In this document: positions 33,704-42,612 of the stretch, piece by piece
Layout of the letters: each line of letters opens with the position of its first letter
How positions within the stretch are numbered: position 1 is the first letter of the stretch
NCBI GenBank assembly: GCA_045543495.1
Contig: JAZQMO010000019.1
Coordinates: 17,056-81,055 of the forward strand
DNA: 64,000 bases
From: Eubacteriales bacterium
Lineage (GTDB): Bacteria > Bacillota > Clostridia > Oscillospirales > SIG627
Direction of reading: 5' to 3'
Translations under genes and position numbers: made by a program
Notes under the pieces: model-generated
What the model saw: the letters and a program-made list of their open reading frames with translations, nothing else
The model's database searches: none
What the model was told of the DNA's origin: nothing

Positions 33704-35524
33704 TTATTTATCGTTCCAGAGGGTGATTTCTGCAATGCGAAGGGTGGCGTCTGCCGTTTCTTCTCTTGCCCATTCCTTCCCGATGGTGGAGAGGATCTCA
33801 AGCTTTAAGTAGCGGGTCTTCACCTTGGCAAAGCGCACCGTTTCCTCCCATCCGAAGATGCGGAAGCGCCCCGAGGCAACGGGGGTAAAGGTCTCGCCGT
33901 CAGGGCTTACCGAAATGCGGTACTTGGCGGGGAAGAGCTTTAACAGGGCCTCCTCTTTGTTCTTTTCGGTATCACGGACACGGTCGATCCAGAAGGGGAA
34001 GTGGCTCAGAGCGCAAACTTCTTTTTCCTCCCCCAGATCAAAGATCAGATCGGCGGTTCCGTGCTGGGACTGCCAGGGCTCCAGAGGGGTATCGTTGATC
34101 AGCTCGGGAATTTCCTTGTCGCTGATGCGGTCCCATACACAAACCCCTTCCTTGGAAATGGGGAAAAGAGCCTTTTCCTTTTTCTTCTTTTGGAATTCTT
34201 TTCCCGTCCAAACGGGGTAGGACCAGGTCTTTCTGCCCTTTTCATCCAGCAGGCAAAGGTAGAAATAGTGAGAGTCGGGAGCGTTCAGGGTGAAATCAAA
34301 GCAGTCGCCCGTATCGTTCAGCTCCAAGATCTCACAGCCCTTGTCGGTCACGACCTTGCATTTTTTAATGTGGGTATCCATTTCACCCAAGCGGAAATAG
34401 CTCAATTCCACGTGGAAGGAGTATTCTCCCTCGTTATCCAGCGTTGTGGGAGCCACCTTCCCGTTGACGGTATAAAACAGCTTCACATTGCCTGTGGAGC
34501 TGGCGTACATACGGTTGGACAAAATGGCATCGTGGAAGGCTTCCTTGCTCTTTTCGGGTGCCAAAATGACGGTCTTGCCGGGGAATTTTTCGTAGCCCCA
34601 ACGTCCGGGCCCGTGGCCGTCGCTGGAGCAGGTGGGAGATACGTGAAAGCCCTCGTCCAGCGCCATGGAATAGACATATTCATTGAGGGTATTGCCGGAA
34701 CGGGAGGTGCCGTCTCCCATTTCCACAAAGCGGAAGAGCTTTTGAAAGCGAGGGGAGTTATTTTCTCTGTGCCTGAAATCCCACACGCCCTTGACGGAAA
34801 AGCCAATGGCCTGAGGATGGGGATAGCCGCAGAAGGCAAAGGGGCTGTGCTTTAACATTTTGAAAAACTTGTCCCAGGAACGGGCGGTAAAGGCCGTGTC
34901 GGCATTGAAGGTCAAAACCTCGCCGCCGTGCATATGCTCCAGCCCGTAGCGGTCTGTTTCAATGATGGTCACCTGTCCCTCGGAGCCGGGAAAGAAGGTG
35001 ATGTGAGGAGCAAATTCCTCGGCGTGGGAATAGCCACGGTAAAAATCCTGTGCCGTAAGACAGCTGGAATGGTCGGAAACCACGGCAAAATCAAGCCTTC
35101 CGTCCTCCTTCATTCGCTTCATATAGTGATTTCTGTGGTGAAAGGAAACATCTCGCTCGGCAAATTCCGCTCTCTTGTGCTTGGTGTAGGTGTGATCGTG
35201 CATATCCCCCACGAAATAGCAAAGCTCGGCAGAGGGCTCGGTGTGGCGCATTTGGCGAACCTCCACGGTGCAGGTGTAGGTCTTTTTGCCGTATTTGGCA
35301 AACACCTTGGCGCTTCCTGCACTGAGAAAGGTCAAAAGAACGCCGTTTGTAAATTCTCCGCCGTAGTGGTAATCCTTGGCAAAGGTGGTGATCTGAACCA
35401 CCTCTTTGTTGTCGGTGCTCCAGCGAATGGGATCCTGATTGAATTCACTCTCTCCCCCAAGAAGCATCAAGGGGAGTACATTTCCCGCATACGTGGAAAT
35501 ATGATCCTGTGATAAGTAGCGCAT
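33704..35524 (-). CDS. PHP-like metal-dependent phosphoesterase domain fused to a C-terminal discoidin (F5/8 type C)-like domain
   Basis: ORF 33704..35716; ATG 35524 (MRYLSQD). His-rich blocks GDMHDHT, VVSDHS, SSDGHG. C-terminal ~140 aa (ADLIFDLGEEKEV...RYLKLEILS) look like a galactose-binding/discoidin fold. No signal peptide. Confidence 0.45.
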   Translation of the reverse strand: MRYLSQDHISTYAGNVLPLMLLGGESEFNQDPIRWSTDNKEVVQITTFAKDYHYGGEFTNGVLLTFLSAGSAKVFAKYGKKTYTCTVEVRQMRHTEPSAELCYFVGDMHDHTYTKHKRAEFAERDVSFHHRNHYMKRMKEDGRLDFAVVSDHSSCLTAQDFYRGYSHAEEFAPHITFFPGSEGQVTIIETDRYGLEHMHGGEVLTFNADTAFTARSWDKFFKMLKHSPFAFCGYPHPQAIGFSVKGVWDFRHRENNSPRFQKLFRFVEMGDGTSRSGNTLNEYVYSMALDEGFHVSPTCSSDGHGPGRWGYEKFPGKTVILAPEKSKEAFHDAILSNRMYASSTGNVKLFYTVNGKVAPTTLDNEGEYSFHVELSYFRLGEMDTHIKKCKVVTDKGCEILELNDTGDCFDFTLNAPDSHYFYLCLLDEKGRKTWSYPVWTGKEFQKKKKEKALFPISKEGVCVWDRISDKEIPELINDTPLEPWQSQHGTADLIFDLGEEKEVCALSHFPFWIDRVRDTEKNKEEALLKLFPAKYRISVSPDGETFTPVASGRFRIFGWEETVRFAKVKTRYLKLEILSTIGKEWAREETADATLRIAEITLWNDK

Positions 35525-35890
35525 GGTATCTCTTCCTTTTGTCAGATTATTTTGTCCCTTTTCGGGAAAGGAATCAGTATTTTCCTTTGCTTTATAAATA
35601 TACCAAATTGTCTCGGTACTGTCAAGAAAAGAGGGAAAGAAAGTATCAATTGAGGCAATGGGAGAGGCGGTTGTAGAAGGAGGGCGTTTTTTTGATGAAG
35701 CAACGGGCAAGAGCAATTTTCCTTTTTAGGCGTATTTGTCATCCCTTATTAAAAGGGAAGGCGTTTTCAAATAAAGCATAAAGAATGTTTTGTTCCACCC
35801 ACCGTCTCTTGCGGTCTTCTTGCTTTTGTGCTACAATGGTGAAGCAAGTGATTATAAGGAAACTGCGTTTTCAGAAAAGAGGAGATTTGT

Positions 35891-37180
35891 TTGAAAGTGA
35901 AAGAGATTACACAGGAAAAGAAACGAATTGATTACAAGTGGGTGATTGTCGTTCTGTCTTTTTTGATGGTTATGATATGCCTTGGCTTTTGCAGTTCGCC
36001 AAAAAGCCTTTTTATCGCTCCCGTAACACAAGCCCTCGGGATTGACAGAGGACTTTTTTCCATCAACGATAGCGTGCGCTTTATTTCAACTGCGGTCATC
36101 AACATTTTCTTTGGTGCACTGATCCAGCGTTTCGGTACAAAAAAACTCATTGGTGCGGGCGTTCTTTGTTTGATCCTTTCTCAGCTCATTTACTCCTTTG
36201 CAACCAATGTTTTTGTTTTCTGCATCGGCGGTGTTTTTTTGGGGCTGGGACTTTCCTGGACTACCACCACAATGGTTGGCGCAATTATAAACAAGTGGTG
36301 TCGAGAAAGCAAGGGAACCATAATGGGAGCCGTTCTTGCGGCCAATGGCATCGGAGGTGCCCTTGCGATTCAGGTGGTAACACCGGTAATAGAAAGCGGA
36401 GTCTTTGGCTACCGCAATGCATACAGAATGATCGCCATAGCCCTTTTCGTTCTTTTTGTGCTTCTTATGATCTTCTTTAAAAACAGCCCCTCAAAGGAGG
36501 ATACGGCACCGATCCCTGTGGAAAAAAAGAAGTCTCGCAGCCACGAGTGGTCGGGCATTGAATATAGCAAGGCAGTGAAAATGCCCTATTTTTACTGTGC
36601 CCTTGTTTGCATCTTCTTAACGGGTCTTGCTTTGCAGTCCGTCAACGGTGTTGCCGCTGCCCATATGAGAGATTCCGGGCTTGATCCAACCTATGTCAGC
36701 CTTGTGCTCAGTGCCCATTCTTTGGTTCTGACCGGCTGCAAATTTTTCCTGGGCGTCTCATACGACAAATTCGGTCTCAGAGCAACGGTGAATATGTGTA
36801 CCGTTGCTGCGGTGATCGTTATGATCAGCCTTACCTTGATTACCAATTCCTTTGCAGGAAAGGTCTTCGCTATGATCTATGGCGTGCTTTCCTCTCTTGC
36901 GCTTCCCTTGGAAACCATTATGCTTCCCATCTATGCAGGCGATCTTTTTGGTCAGAAGTCATACAATAAAATTCTCGGTATCTTCGTTTCTGTAAATACT
37001 GCGGGTTATGCGGTGGGCGCACCCATGATCAATTTCATTTTTGACTTGTGCAAAAGCTATAACCCCGGTTTTATCTTCTGCGCTGTCCTTATGGTGGGAG
37101 TTATCATTGCAATGCAGTTTTTGATCAGCGCTGCCCATCGCTATCAAAAGGAATCCGAAAAAAGCCGACAAACGCTGTGA
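35891..37180 (+). CDS. MFS transporter
   Basis: 429 aa, about 12 TM segments in 6+6 organisation with a central basic loop (KKKSRSHEW). Confidence 0.7.
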   Translation: MKVKEITQEKKRIDYKWVIVVLSFLMVMICLGFCSSPKSLFIAPVTQALGIDRGLFSINDSVRFISTAVINIFFGALIQRFGTKKLIGAGVLCLILSQLIYSFATNVFVFCIGGVFLGLGLSWTTTTMVGAIINKWCRESKGTIMGAVLAANGIGGALAIQVVTPVIESGVFGYRNAYRMIAIALFVLFVLLMIFFKNSPSKEDTAPIPVEKKKSRSHEWSGIEYSKAVKMPYFYCALVCIFLTGLALQSVNGVAAAHMRDSGLDPTYVSLVLSAHSLVLTGCKFFLGVSYDKFGLRATVNMCTVAAVIVMISLTLITNSFAGKVFAMIYGVLSSLALPLETIMLPIYAGDLFGQKSYNKILGIFVSVNTAGYAVGAPMINFIFDLCKSYNPGFIFCAVLMVGVIIAMQFLISAAHRYQKESEKSRQTL

Positions 37181-37214
37181 CAAGAAAAGGGGTTCCGAAA
37201 AAACACTAAAAACA

Positions 37215-37300
37215 AAAAAGAAGGCAGTCAGTTGACTACCTTCTTTTTATTTGTAAATCAATCTTACTTGTTCAGAGCCACAGAAACGGGGTGGCTACGG
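37215..37300. repeat. Copy A of duplicated gene-3'-end plus terminator (relic)
   Basis: 34 bp AAAAAGAAGGCAGTCAGTTGACTACCTTCTTTTT (37215-37248) is identical to 38042-38075. A flanking relic reading frame on the minus strand ends ...VSVALNK-stop, against ...ISMALNK-stop for the GGGtGRT gene. Confidence 0.85.
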
Positions 37301-37537
37301 GAGCTGCCTTTTTAATTTTTCTAGACAATTGTGGCAAAGAAATAGATTTGGCTTTAATTTTAAAAGATTTTCAGGGCTTTGGCAAATAGCGCAGTGGGTG
37401 CTTTCTTTTGTCAGTGTGATTTTCTTTTCTTTCGAATCATAGTCGATGAAAAGAAAGTCGCCTTCGTTTAAGCCCATATCTTCTCGTATTTCTTTCGGGA
37501 TCCCGATCCTTCCCAAGGTATTCAGTCTCTTTTTCAT
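37295..37537 (-). CDS. AbrB/MazE/SpoVT-type DNA-binding domain fused to a CxxC...CxxC zinc ribbon
   Basis: ORF 37295..37600. ATG 37537 follows an AAGAGGAG SD. LGRIGIPKEIREDMGL is a SpoVT_AbrB swapped-hairpin motif. C-terminal CAICQ...CHNC. Confidence 0.6.
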   Translation of the reverse strand: MKKRLNTLGRIGIPKEIREDMGLNEGDFLFIDYDSKEKKITLTKESTHCAICQSPENLLKLKPNLFLCHNCLEKLKRQLP

Positions 37538-37666
37538 TGTTGCTCCTCTTTTTTTGCTTTGGTCATAGCATAGCACAAGACTTCTCAAAAGCCAACTCAA
37601 AAGAGTTAAACTTTTTAACTCAAAAAAGTTACCATTAGAAAAAAGATGATTTTTGCGGAGGAATGT

Positions 37667-37909
37667 ATGAGGGTTGGAGAGGCGGTTCGTTTGAGAATTA
37701 TGGAACTATGCGAGGAAAGAGGGCTTACCACCAATGCCCTTGCCAATCTTTGCGGTGTAACGCAATCCACCCTTGCGAATATTGTCGGCGGCAGAAATCA
37801 AAGCACCACGGTGTCTACGATCAAAAAGCTTTGTGACGGCTTGGAAATTGAAATCGGGGACTTTTTTGACTCCTCGCTCTTTTCCGATCTGGAGCAAGAG
37901 ATCCGTTGA
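37667..37909 (+). CDS. XRE-family helix-turn-helix protein
   Basis: ORF 37646..37909. ATG 37667 follows a GGAGGA SD. RLRIMELCEERGLTTNALANLCGVTQSTLANIVGGRN is an HTH_3-like block. Confidence 0.65.
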   Translation: MRVGEAVRLRIMELCEERGLTTNALANLCGVTQSTLANIVGGRNQSTTVSTIKKLCDGLEIEIGDFFDSSLFSDLEQEIR

Positions 37910-38041
37910 CTTGGAATCAAAAAAATGCTCCTTGCCTATTGTGGAAGCAGCAAGGCTTTCATTATAAAACCCTGAAGGTTTTTGGGAAGGGGATGGGAAA
38001 CACTTTTTGCCGAAAAAGGGTTTCCCGAAAAACAAAAAAAT

Positions 38042-38129
38042 AAAAAGAAGGCAGTCAGTTGACTACCTTCTTTTTCTATATAAGCTTGATCTTACTTATT
38101 GAGAGCCATGGAGATTTCTACGGCTACGG
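38042..38129. repeat. Copy B of duplicated 3'-end plus terminator (functional end of the GGGtGRT gene)
   Basis: Identical 34-bp hairpin core at 38042-38075. It folds best on the minus strand (G-U pair) and is followed there by a T-run. Overlaps the last codons of CDS 38092..39093. Confidence 0.85.
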
Positions 38130-39093
38130 CAACGGTCATACCAACCATGGGGTTGTTACCTGCGCCGATGAGGCCCATCATTTCCACGTGAGCGGGAACG
38201 GAGGAGGAGCCTGCGAACTGAGCATCGCCGTGCATACGGCCCATGGTATCGGTCATACCGTAGGAAGCGGGGCCTGCAGCCATATTATCGGGATGCAGGG
38301 TTCTGCCCGTACCGCCGCCGGAAGCAACGGAGAAGTACTTCTTGCCGTTTTCAATGGCCCACTTCTTGTAGGTACCTGCAACGGGGTGCTGGAAGCGGGT
38401 GGGGTTGGTGGAGTTACCGGTGATGGAAACGTCAACAGACTCGTGCTGCATAATGGCAACGCCTTCCAGAACATCGTTGGAGCCGTAGCAACGAACCTTG
38501 GCTCTTTCGCCGTCGGAATAAGCCTTGGACTTGATGATGTTCAGCTTGTTCTCGGTGAAATCAAACTCGGTCTGCACATAGGTGAAGCCGTTGATTCTTG
38601 AGATGATGTGAGCGGCATCCTTACCCAGACCGTTGAGGATGATCTGGAGAGGCTCTTTACGAACCTTATTTGCGGTCTTTGCAATACCGATTGCGCCCTC
38701 TGCAGCGGCGAAGGACTCGTGACCTGCCAGGAAGCAGAAGCACTTGGTCTCTTCTCTGAGCAGCATAGCAGCCAGATTACCGTGGCCCAGACCGACGTTT
38801 CTGGTCTCGGCAACGGAGCCGTGAATACAGAATGCCTGCAGGCCGATACCGATCGCCTCGGCAGCCTCAGCGGCGCTCTTAACGCCCTTCTTTACTGCAA
38901 TGGCAGCACCCAGGGTGTAAGCCCAAGCGGCGTTTTCAAATGCGATGGGCTGAACGCCCTTGACCAGAGCGTCTACATCCACGCCCAGATCCAGGCAGAT
39001 CTTCTGTGCTTCCTCGAGAGAAGCAATGCCGTATTCCTTGAGGCACTCGTTGATCTTACCAATTCTTCTTTCGTATCCTTCAAATTTAACCAT
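38092..39093 (-). CDS. GGGtGRT-family protein (function unknown)
   Basis: 333 aa. Contains the family-defining string SGGGTGRTLHPDN. Confidence 0.8.
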   Translation of the reverse strand: MVKFEGYERRIGKINECLKEYGIASLEEAQKICLDLGVDVDALVKGVQPIAFENAAWAYTLGAAIAVKKGVKSAAEAAEAIGIGLQAFCIHGSVAETRNVGLGHGNLAAMLLREETKCFCFLAGHESFAAAEGAIGIAKTANKVRKEPLQIILNGLGKDAAHIISRINGFTYVQTEFDFTENKLNIIKSKAYSDGERAKVRCYGSNDVLEGVAIMQHESVDVSITGNSTNPTRFQHPVAGTYKKWAIENGKKYFSVASGGGTGRTLHPDNMAAGPASYGMTDTMGRMHGDAQFAGSSSVPAHVEMMGLIGAGNNPMVGMTVAVAVEISMALNK

Positions 39094-39104
39094 CTTATGC
39101 CTCC

Positions 39105-39800
39105 TTATTCTTCACGGGGATCAATGTACTTGACAGCGGAATCGTATCTTCCGTAGGTCTTTACATTGGTCTCGTAAGCTTCCTTGGGATCCTTGCCGTG
39201 ACGGATCTGCTCCATCATCTTTCCAAGGTGAACGAACTTGTAGCCGATGATCTCGTTGTCCTCGTCAAGACCCAGGGAGAGAATGTAGCCCTCGGCCATT
39301 TCCAGATAACGAACGCCCTTGGCGTTGGTAGCGAAGATGGTACCAACCTGGCTTCTCAGACCCTTACCAAGGTCATCGAGGGTGGAGCCGACGGGCAGAC
39401 CGTCCTCGGAGAAAGCGGTCTGGGTGCGGCCGTAAACCAGCTGCAGGAAGATCTCTCTCATGGCCACGTTGATGGCGTCGCAAACGAGGTCGGTGTTCAG
39501 GGCTTCCAGAATGGTCTTGCCCTGGAGGATCTCAGCTGCCATAGCAGCGGAGTGGGTCATACCGGAGCAGCCGCTGGTCTCAACCAGAGCCTCTTCGATG
39601 ATACCCTTCTTAACGTTCAGGGTGAGCTTGCACATACCCTGCTGGGGAGCGCACCAGCCGATACCGTGGGAAAGACCGGAGATATCGGTTACGTCATAAG
39701 CCTTGACCCATCTGCCTTCTTCGGGAATGGGAGCGGGGCCGTGCTTGGGGCCTTTGGCCACAACACACATGTTTTCTACGTCTTCGGTAAACATTGTCAT
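39105..39800 (-). CDS. NifU/IscU-like iron-sulfur scaffold-domain protein
   Basis: 231 aa. Cys-containing blocks GWCAPQQGMC and SGCSGMTHSAAMAAE resemble the IscU/NifU N-terminal domain. Confidence 0.55.
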   Translation of the reverse strand: MTMFTEDVENMCVVAKGPKHGPAPIPEEGRWVKAYDVTDISGLSHGIGWCAPQQGMCKLTLNVKKGIIEEALVETSGCSGMTHSAAMAAEILQGKTILEALNTDLVCDAINVAMREIFLQLVYGRTQTAFSEDGLPVGSTLDDLGKGLRSQVGTIFATNAKGVRYLEMAEGYILSLGLDEDNEIIGYKFVHLGKMMEQIRHGKDPKEAYETNVKTYGRYDSAVKYIDPREE

Positions 39801-39823
39801 GATCTGTTATCCTTTCTGATTTC

Positions 39824-40411
39824 TTATTCCACCAGAGTTCCCATGGTGCCGGGAGCAGCCATGGCAGCATTGGATTCGTCGGTATCGATGTGCATAGCGG
39901 CGGCGAACTTCTCGCTGACTCTGACCACGACCTCATCGAAAATCAGGGCTCTGTCGCCCTCCACACGGATCTTTACGATCTGCTTGTCCTTCACACCGAA
40001 GGCAGCAGCATCGGCGGGGGTAAAGTGAATGTGACGCTTTGCCACGATGACACCCTCAGCCAGCTCAACGCTCTTGTCGCCAACCTGAATGGTGCAGCCG
40101 GCAGAGCCTGCCACATCACCGGATTCACGGATGGGAGCCTTCACACCCAGGCTTCTGGCATCGGTAGCGGAAACCTCTACCTGAGAAGCGGGACGGGCGG
40201 GTCCGAGAATGATTACGTTTTTGATGGTGCCTTTGGGGCCTACCAGATCCACTCTCTCCTCACAAGCGAACTGACCGGGCTGGGACAGATCCTTCTTGTG
40301 GGTCAGCTGATATCCTTTGCCGAAGAGCGCTTCGATGTGCTCCTGAGTAAGGTGAACGTGGCGGGCAGAAGTTTCAACAAGTACCTTCTTTTCCATTTTC
40401 TTCATCTCCAA
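39824..40411 (-). CDS. pduL: Phosphate acyltransferase PduL-type (phosphate propanoyl/acetyl-transferase)
   Basis: 195 aa. Duplicated PduL signature: ETSARHVHLTQEHIEALFG and AKRHIHFTPADAAAFG. Confidence 0.8.
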   Translation of the reverse strand: MEMKKMEKKVLVETSARHVHLTQEHIEALFGKGYQLTHKKDLSQPGQFACEERVDLVGPKGTIKNVIILGPARPASQVEVSATDARSLGVKAPIRESGDVAGSAGCTIQVGDKSVELAEGVIVAKRHIHFTPADAAAFGVKDKQIVKIRVEGDRALIFDEVVVRVSEKFAAAMHIDTDESNAAMAAPGTMGTLVE

Positions 40412-40496
40412 TTCTTTGTTTTTGTATTTGCTTAACCGCCCTATTATACTATAACTTTCCCTCTTTTGTAAAGAGGGAGGACGGATTTTTACGAAA

Positions 40497-41441
40497 TTAT
40501 CTGCGGGATTTTAAGGATACGGAACGAATTTTGATCAAAACGAAAAGGGTAATGGCAAGATCAATGACCAGAGTGGAGGAATCCACCAGATCCATAGAGA
40601 TCCGGTCCCCCATCACCGCAAAGAGCTGAGGCAGGCGGCCCGTCACTCCGAAGAAGGCGGTGGCAAGGGCGGAAAAGGAGTAGGAGGCGGGAGCAAACAT
40701 GGCCTTTTCGCCCAAAAGAAGCTGAGCCTGATACAGGAAAAAGATCATAGCGGATATGATGAAGAGAAACTGGCCGATGTAAAGGGTCTTGTTGACAAAG
40801 CGGGCCAGATCCCGATATTCCACCACCATTCTTACGGTGCACCACAGGGCGGGCAGCAGGGCGAAAAAGGGACGGGAGGCGGATCTCTGCGAGGAATTGC
40901 CGATTCCCGTGAAAATAAAGTAAGCGCCCGACAGCGCCGACAGAACGGAAAAGGCAAGATAATAGGCGTTCAGCTCAATTTCGGGATTGAATACGAAGGA
41001 GAGGGCATAGGCCAAAAAGCCAAAGCCGGGGAGGAAGGTGGCAAAGGCCGACAGGGTTCCCTCCCAAACGGCGCTCTTGCGGGCAAAGCCCTGCAAAAAC
41101 AGGTGAGGCAGATCCTCCTCCACCTCGTGAACCTCTTGATTTTGCATCAACAGGGTGTTGGCACCGATGCCGGGGGCAACGGTGGTGTGATCGTTTTCCG
41201 CCCTTTTCTTCTTTTTCTCACGGGTGCGAATGAATTTCTGCACGGAGAAAAACAGGCACAAAAAGAACACAAAAAAGCCCATACCGTTGTAGATCAGGCA
41301 GGCGGTGGGCTCCTTTGCGAAAAAGCCCGTGTTGATTTCCAGCTCCGTCCAGTAGGTGATCAGCCGCAAAGCAATGGCGGGCACGGCCAAAATCGCCACA
41401 AAGTAAAAAATGATGCGGAACAGCTTGCGATCGTATTTCAT
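40497..41441 (-). CDS. Hypothetical multi-pass membrane protein
   Basis: 314 aa, many TM segments, basic loop RTREKKKKRAEND. No family recognised. Confidence 0.55.
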   Translation of the reverse strand: MKYDRKLFRIIFYFVAILAVPAIALRLITYWTELEINTGFFAKEPTACLIYNGMGFFVFFLCLFFSVQKFIRTREKKKKRAENDHTTVAPGIGANTLLMQNQEVHEVEEDLPHLFLQGFARKSAVWEGTLSAFATFLPGFGFLAYALSFVFNPEIELNAYYLAFSVLSALSGAYFIFTGIGNSSQRSASRPFFALLPALWCTVRMVVEYRDLARFVNKTLYIGQFLFIISAMIFFLYQAQLLLGEKAMFAPASYSFSALATAFFGVTGRLPQLFAVMGDRISMDLVDSSTLVIDLAITLFVLIKIRSVSLKSRR

Positions 41442-41470
41442 TTCTTGCGTTACGCTCCTTTGAAAAAAGC

Positions 41471-41680
41471 TTATTTATTTTCGTTTCGGATCACGGTGAC
41501 CACGGATAAAACGGCGCTGAAAAGAGAGAGAAGCGCCACCATGCTCTTGGTGATGGAATTGTTCAAAAAGGCCATGGATTCATTGAACAGATCAATGGTA
41601 AAGAAGGTGAGAAGGGCAAGGCTTAAAATCAGGGTGATGTGCGGCAGGATCCGCCAAAAAAATCGAAGGGGTGCTTTCAC
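41471..41680 (-). CDS. Small hypothetical membrane protein
   Basis: ORF 41471..41707. GTG 41680 follows an AAGGAG SD and forms a GTGA overlap with the upstream stop. Two TM segments. Confidence 0.4.
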   Translation of the reverse strand: MKAPLRFFWRILPHITLILSLALLTFFTIDLFNESMAFLNNSITKSMVALLSLFSAVLSVVTVIRNENK

Positions 41681-42612
41681 GGTTGCTCCTTTCCCGAATA
41701 AGACCAAGTGTCGGTATACAGATAGACGATGTCGCTGATGTCACGCCCGCCCTTTTTGCTGGGGGAGGAATAAATTTCGCCCTCCAGCGTCATCACAGCG
41801 GAGTGGCCGCCGTCCAGATTATAGGCTCGCTTGCAGCCGAGAGACCGGAATAGCTCTGCCATTTGAACAAGGGTCATTCCCTTGGAATGGCTCTGCCGAC
41901 CGTCCACCGCCAAAAGAACATAGTGACCGGGCTCAAAATAGCCAATGGCAATGCGGGGATTTTCCCCTGCGATTCCCGTTTGAAATTCCCCAACGGCCCT
42001 TCCGTTCTGATCCAATAGGGCAGGGCCGAAGTCCCAAGCCTGCCAGGCACCTCCCGCAATGGCCTTTTCCACGTCAAAGGAGCCGTAGGAATAGGTCTCC
42101 ATGGTGCCGTCGTAATACAAAACGCAGACCTGATGGGCCTTGGTCTTGCGGTAGATCTGACCGTTGCGAATGACGATGCCGCGGTCCCGAATCCCGAAAT
42201 AATCTCCCGATACCCCCAAAAGGGCGTTGTTTTCACGGCTCATTTCCAAGGTGGAGGCGGCCACGCCCGTGGCAAACTCCTCCGAGGCCATGGCGGTGCG
42301 AAGGGAGGTGATACGGCGAATGTAAAAATCCGCCAGGTGATAGGTGACCCCGTCCTCCTCCACGGTCTTCACCGTGAGGTTGATCTCGGAGTCCATATAA
42401 AAGCCGTCTTTCTTGACTACGCTTCCATCCTCGGTGAAGCGGTCGGGGAATTTTTCTCCCCAATCCTCGATCTCTCCCGAGCCTGTGGCGCCGTACAGAT
42501 GGCCGATGCTGCGGGGCAGAACGTGATGAAAGAGGGCGAAGGTGCAAAGGGTGATGCCGAGAAGCAAAAGATCCAGAGAAAAAAACAGAACCAATCGGGA
42601 TTTTTTGCTCAT
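41677..42612 (-). CDS. Membrane-anchored phosphodiester glycosidase (NAGPA/DUF2233-like) protein
   Basis: 311 aa. N-terminal TM anchor. GVSGDYFG...NPRIAIGYFEPGHYVLLAVDGR...AYNLDGGHSAVM resembles DUF2233. Confidence 0.6.
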   Translation of the reverse strand: MSKKSRLVLFFSLDLLLLGITLCTFALFHHVLPRSIGHLYGATGSGEIEDWGEKFPDRFTEDGSVVKKDGFYMDSEINLTVKTVEEDGVTYHLADFYIRRITSLRTAMASEEFATGVAASTLEMSRENNALLGVSGDYFGIRDRGIVIRNGQIYRKTKAHQVCVLYYDGTMETYSYGSFDVEKAIAGGAWQAWDFGPALLDQNGRAVGEFQTGIAGENPRIAIGYFEPGHYVLLAVDGRQSHSKGMTLVQMAELFRSLGCKRAYNLDGGHSAVMTLEGEIYSSPSKKGGRDISDIVYLYTDTWSYSGKEQP

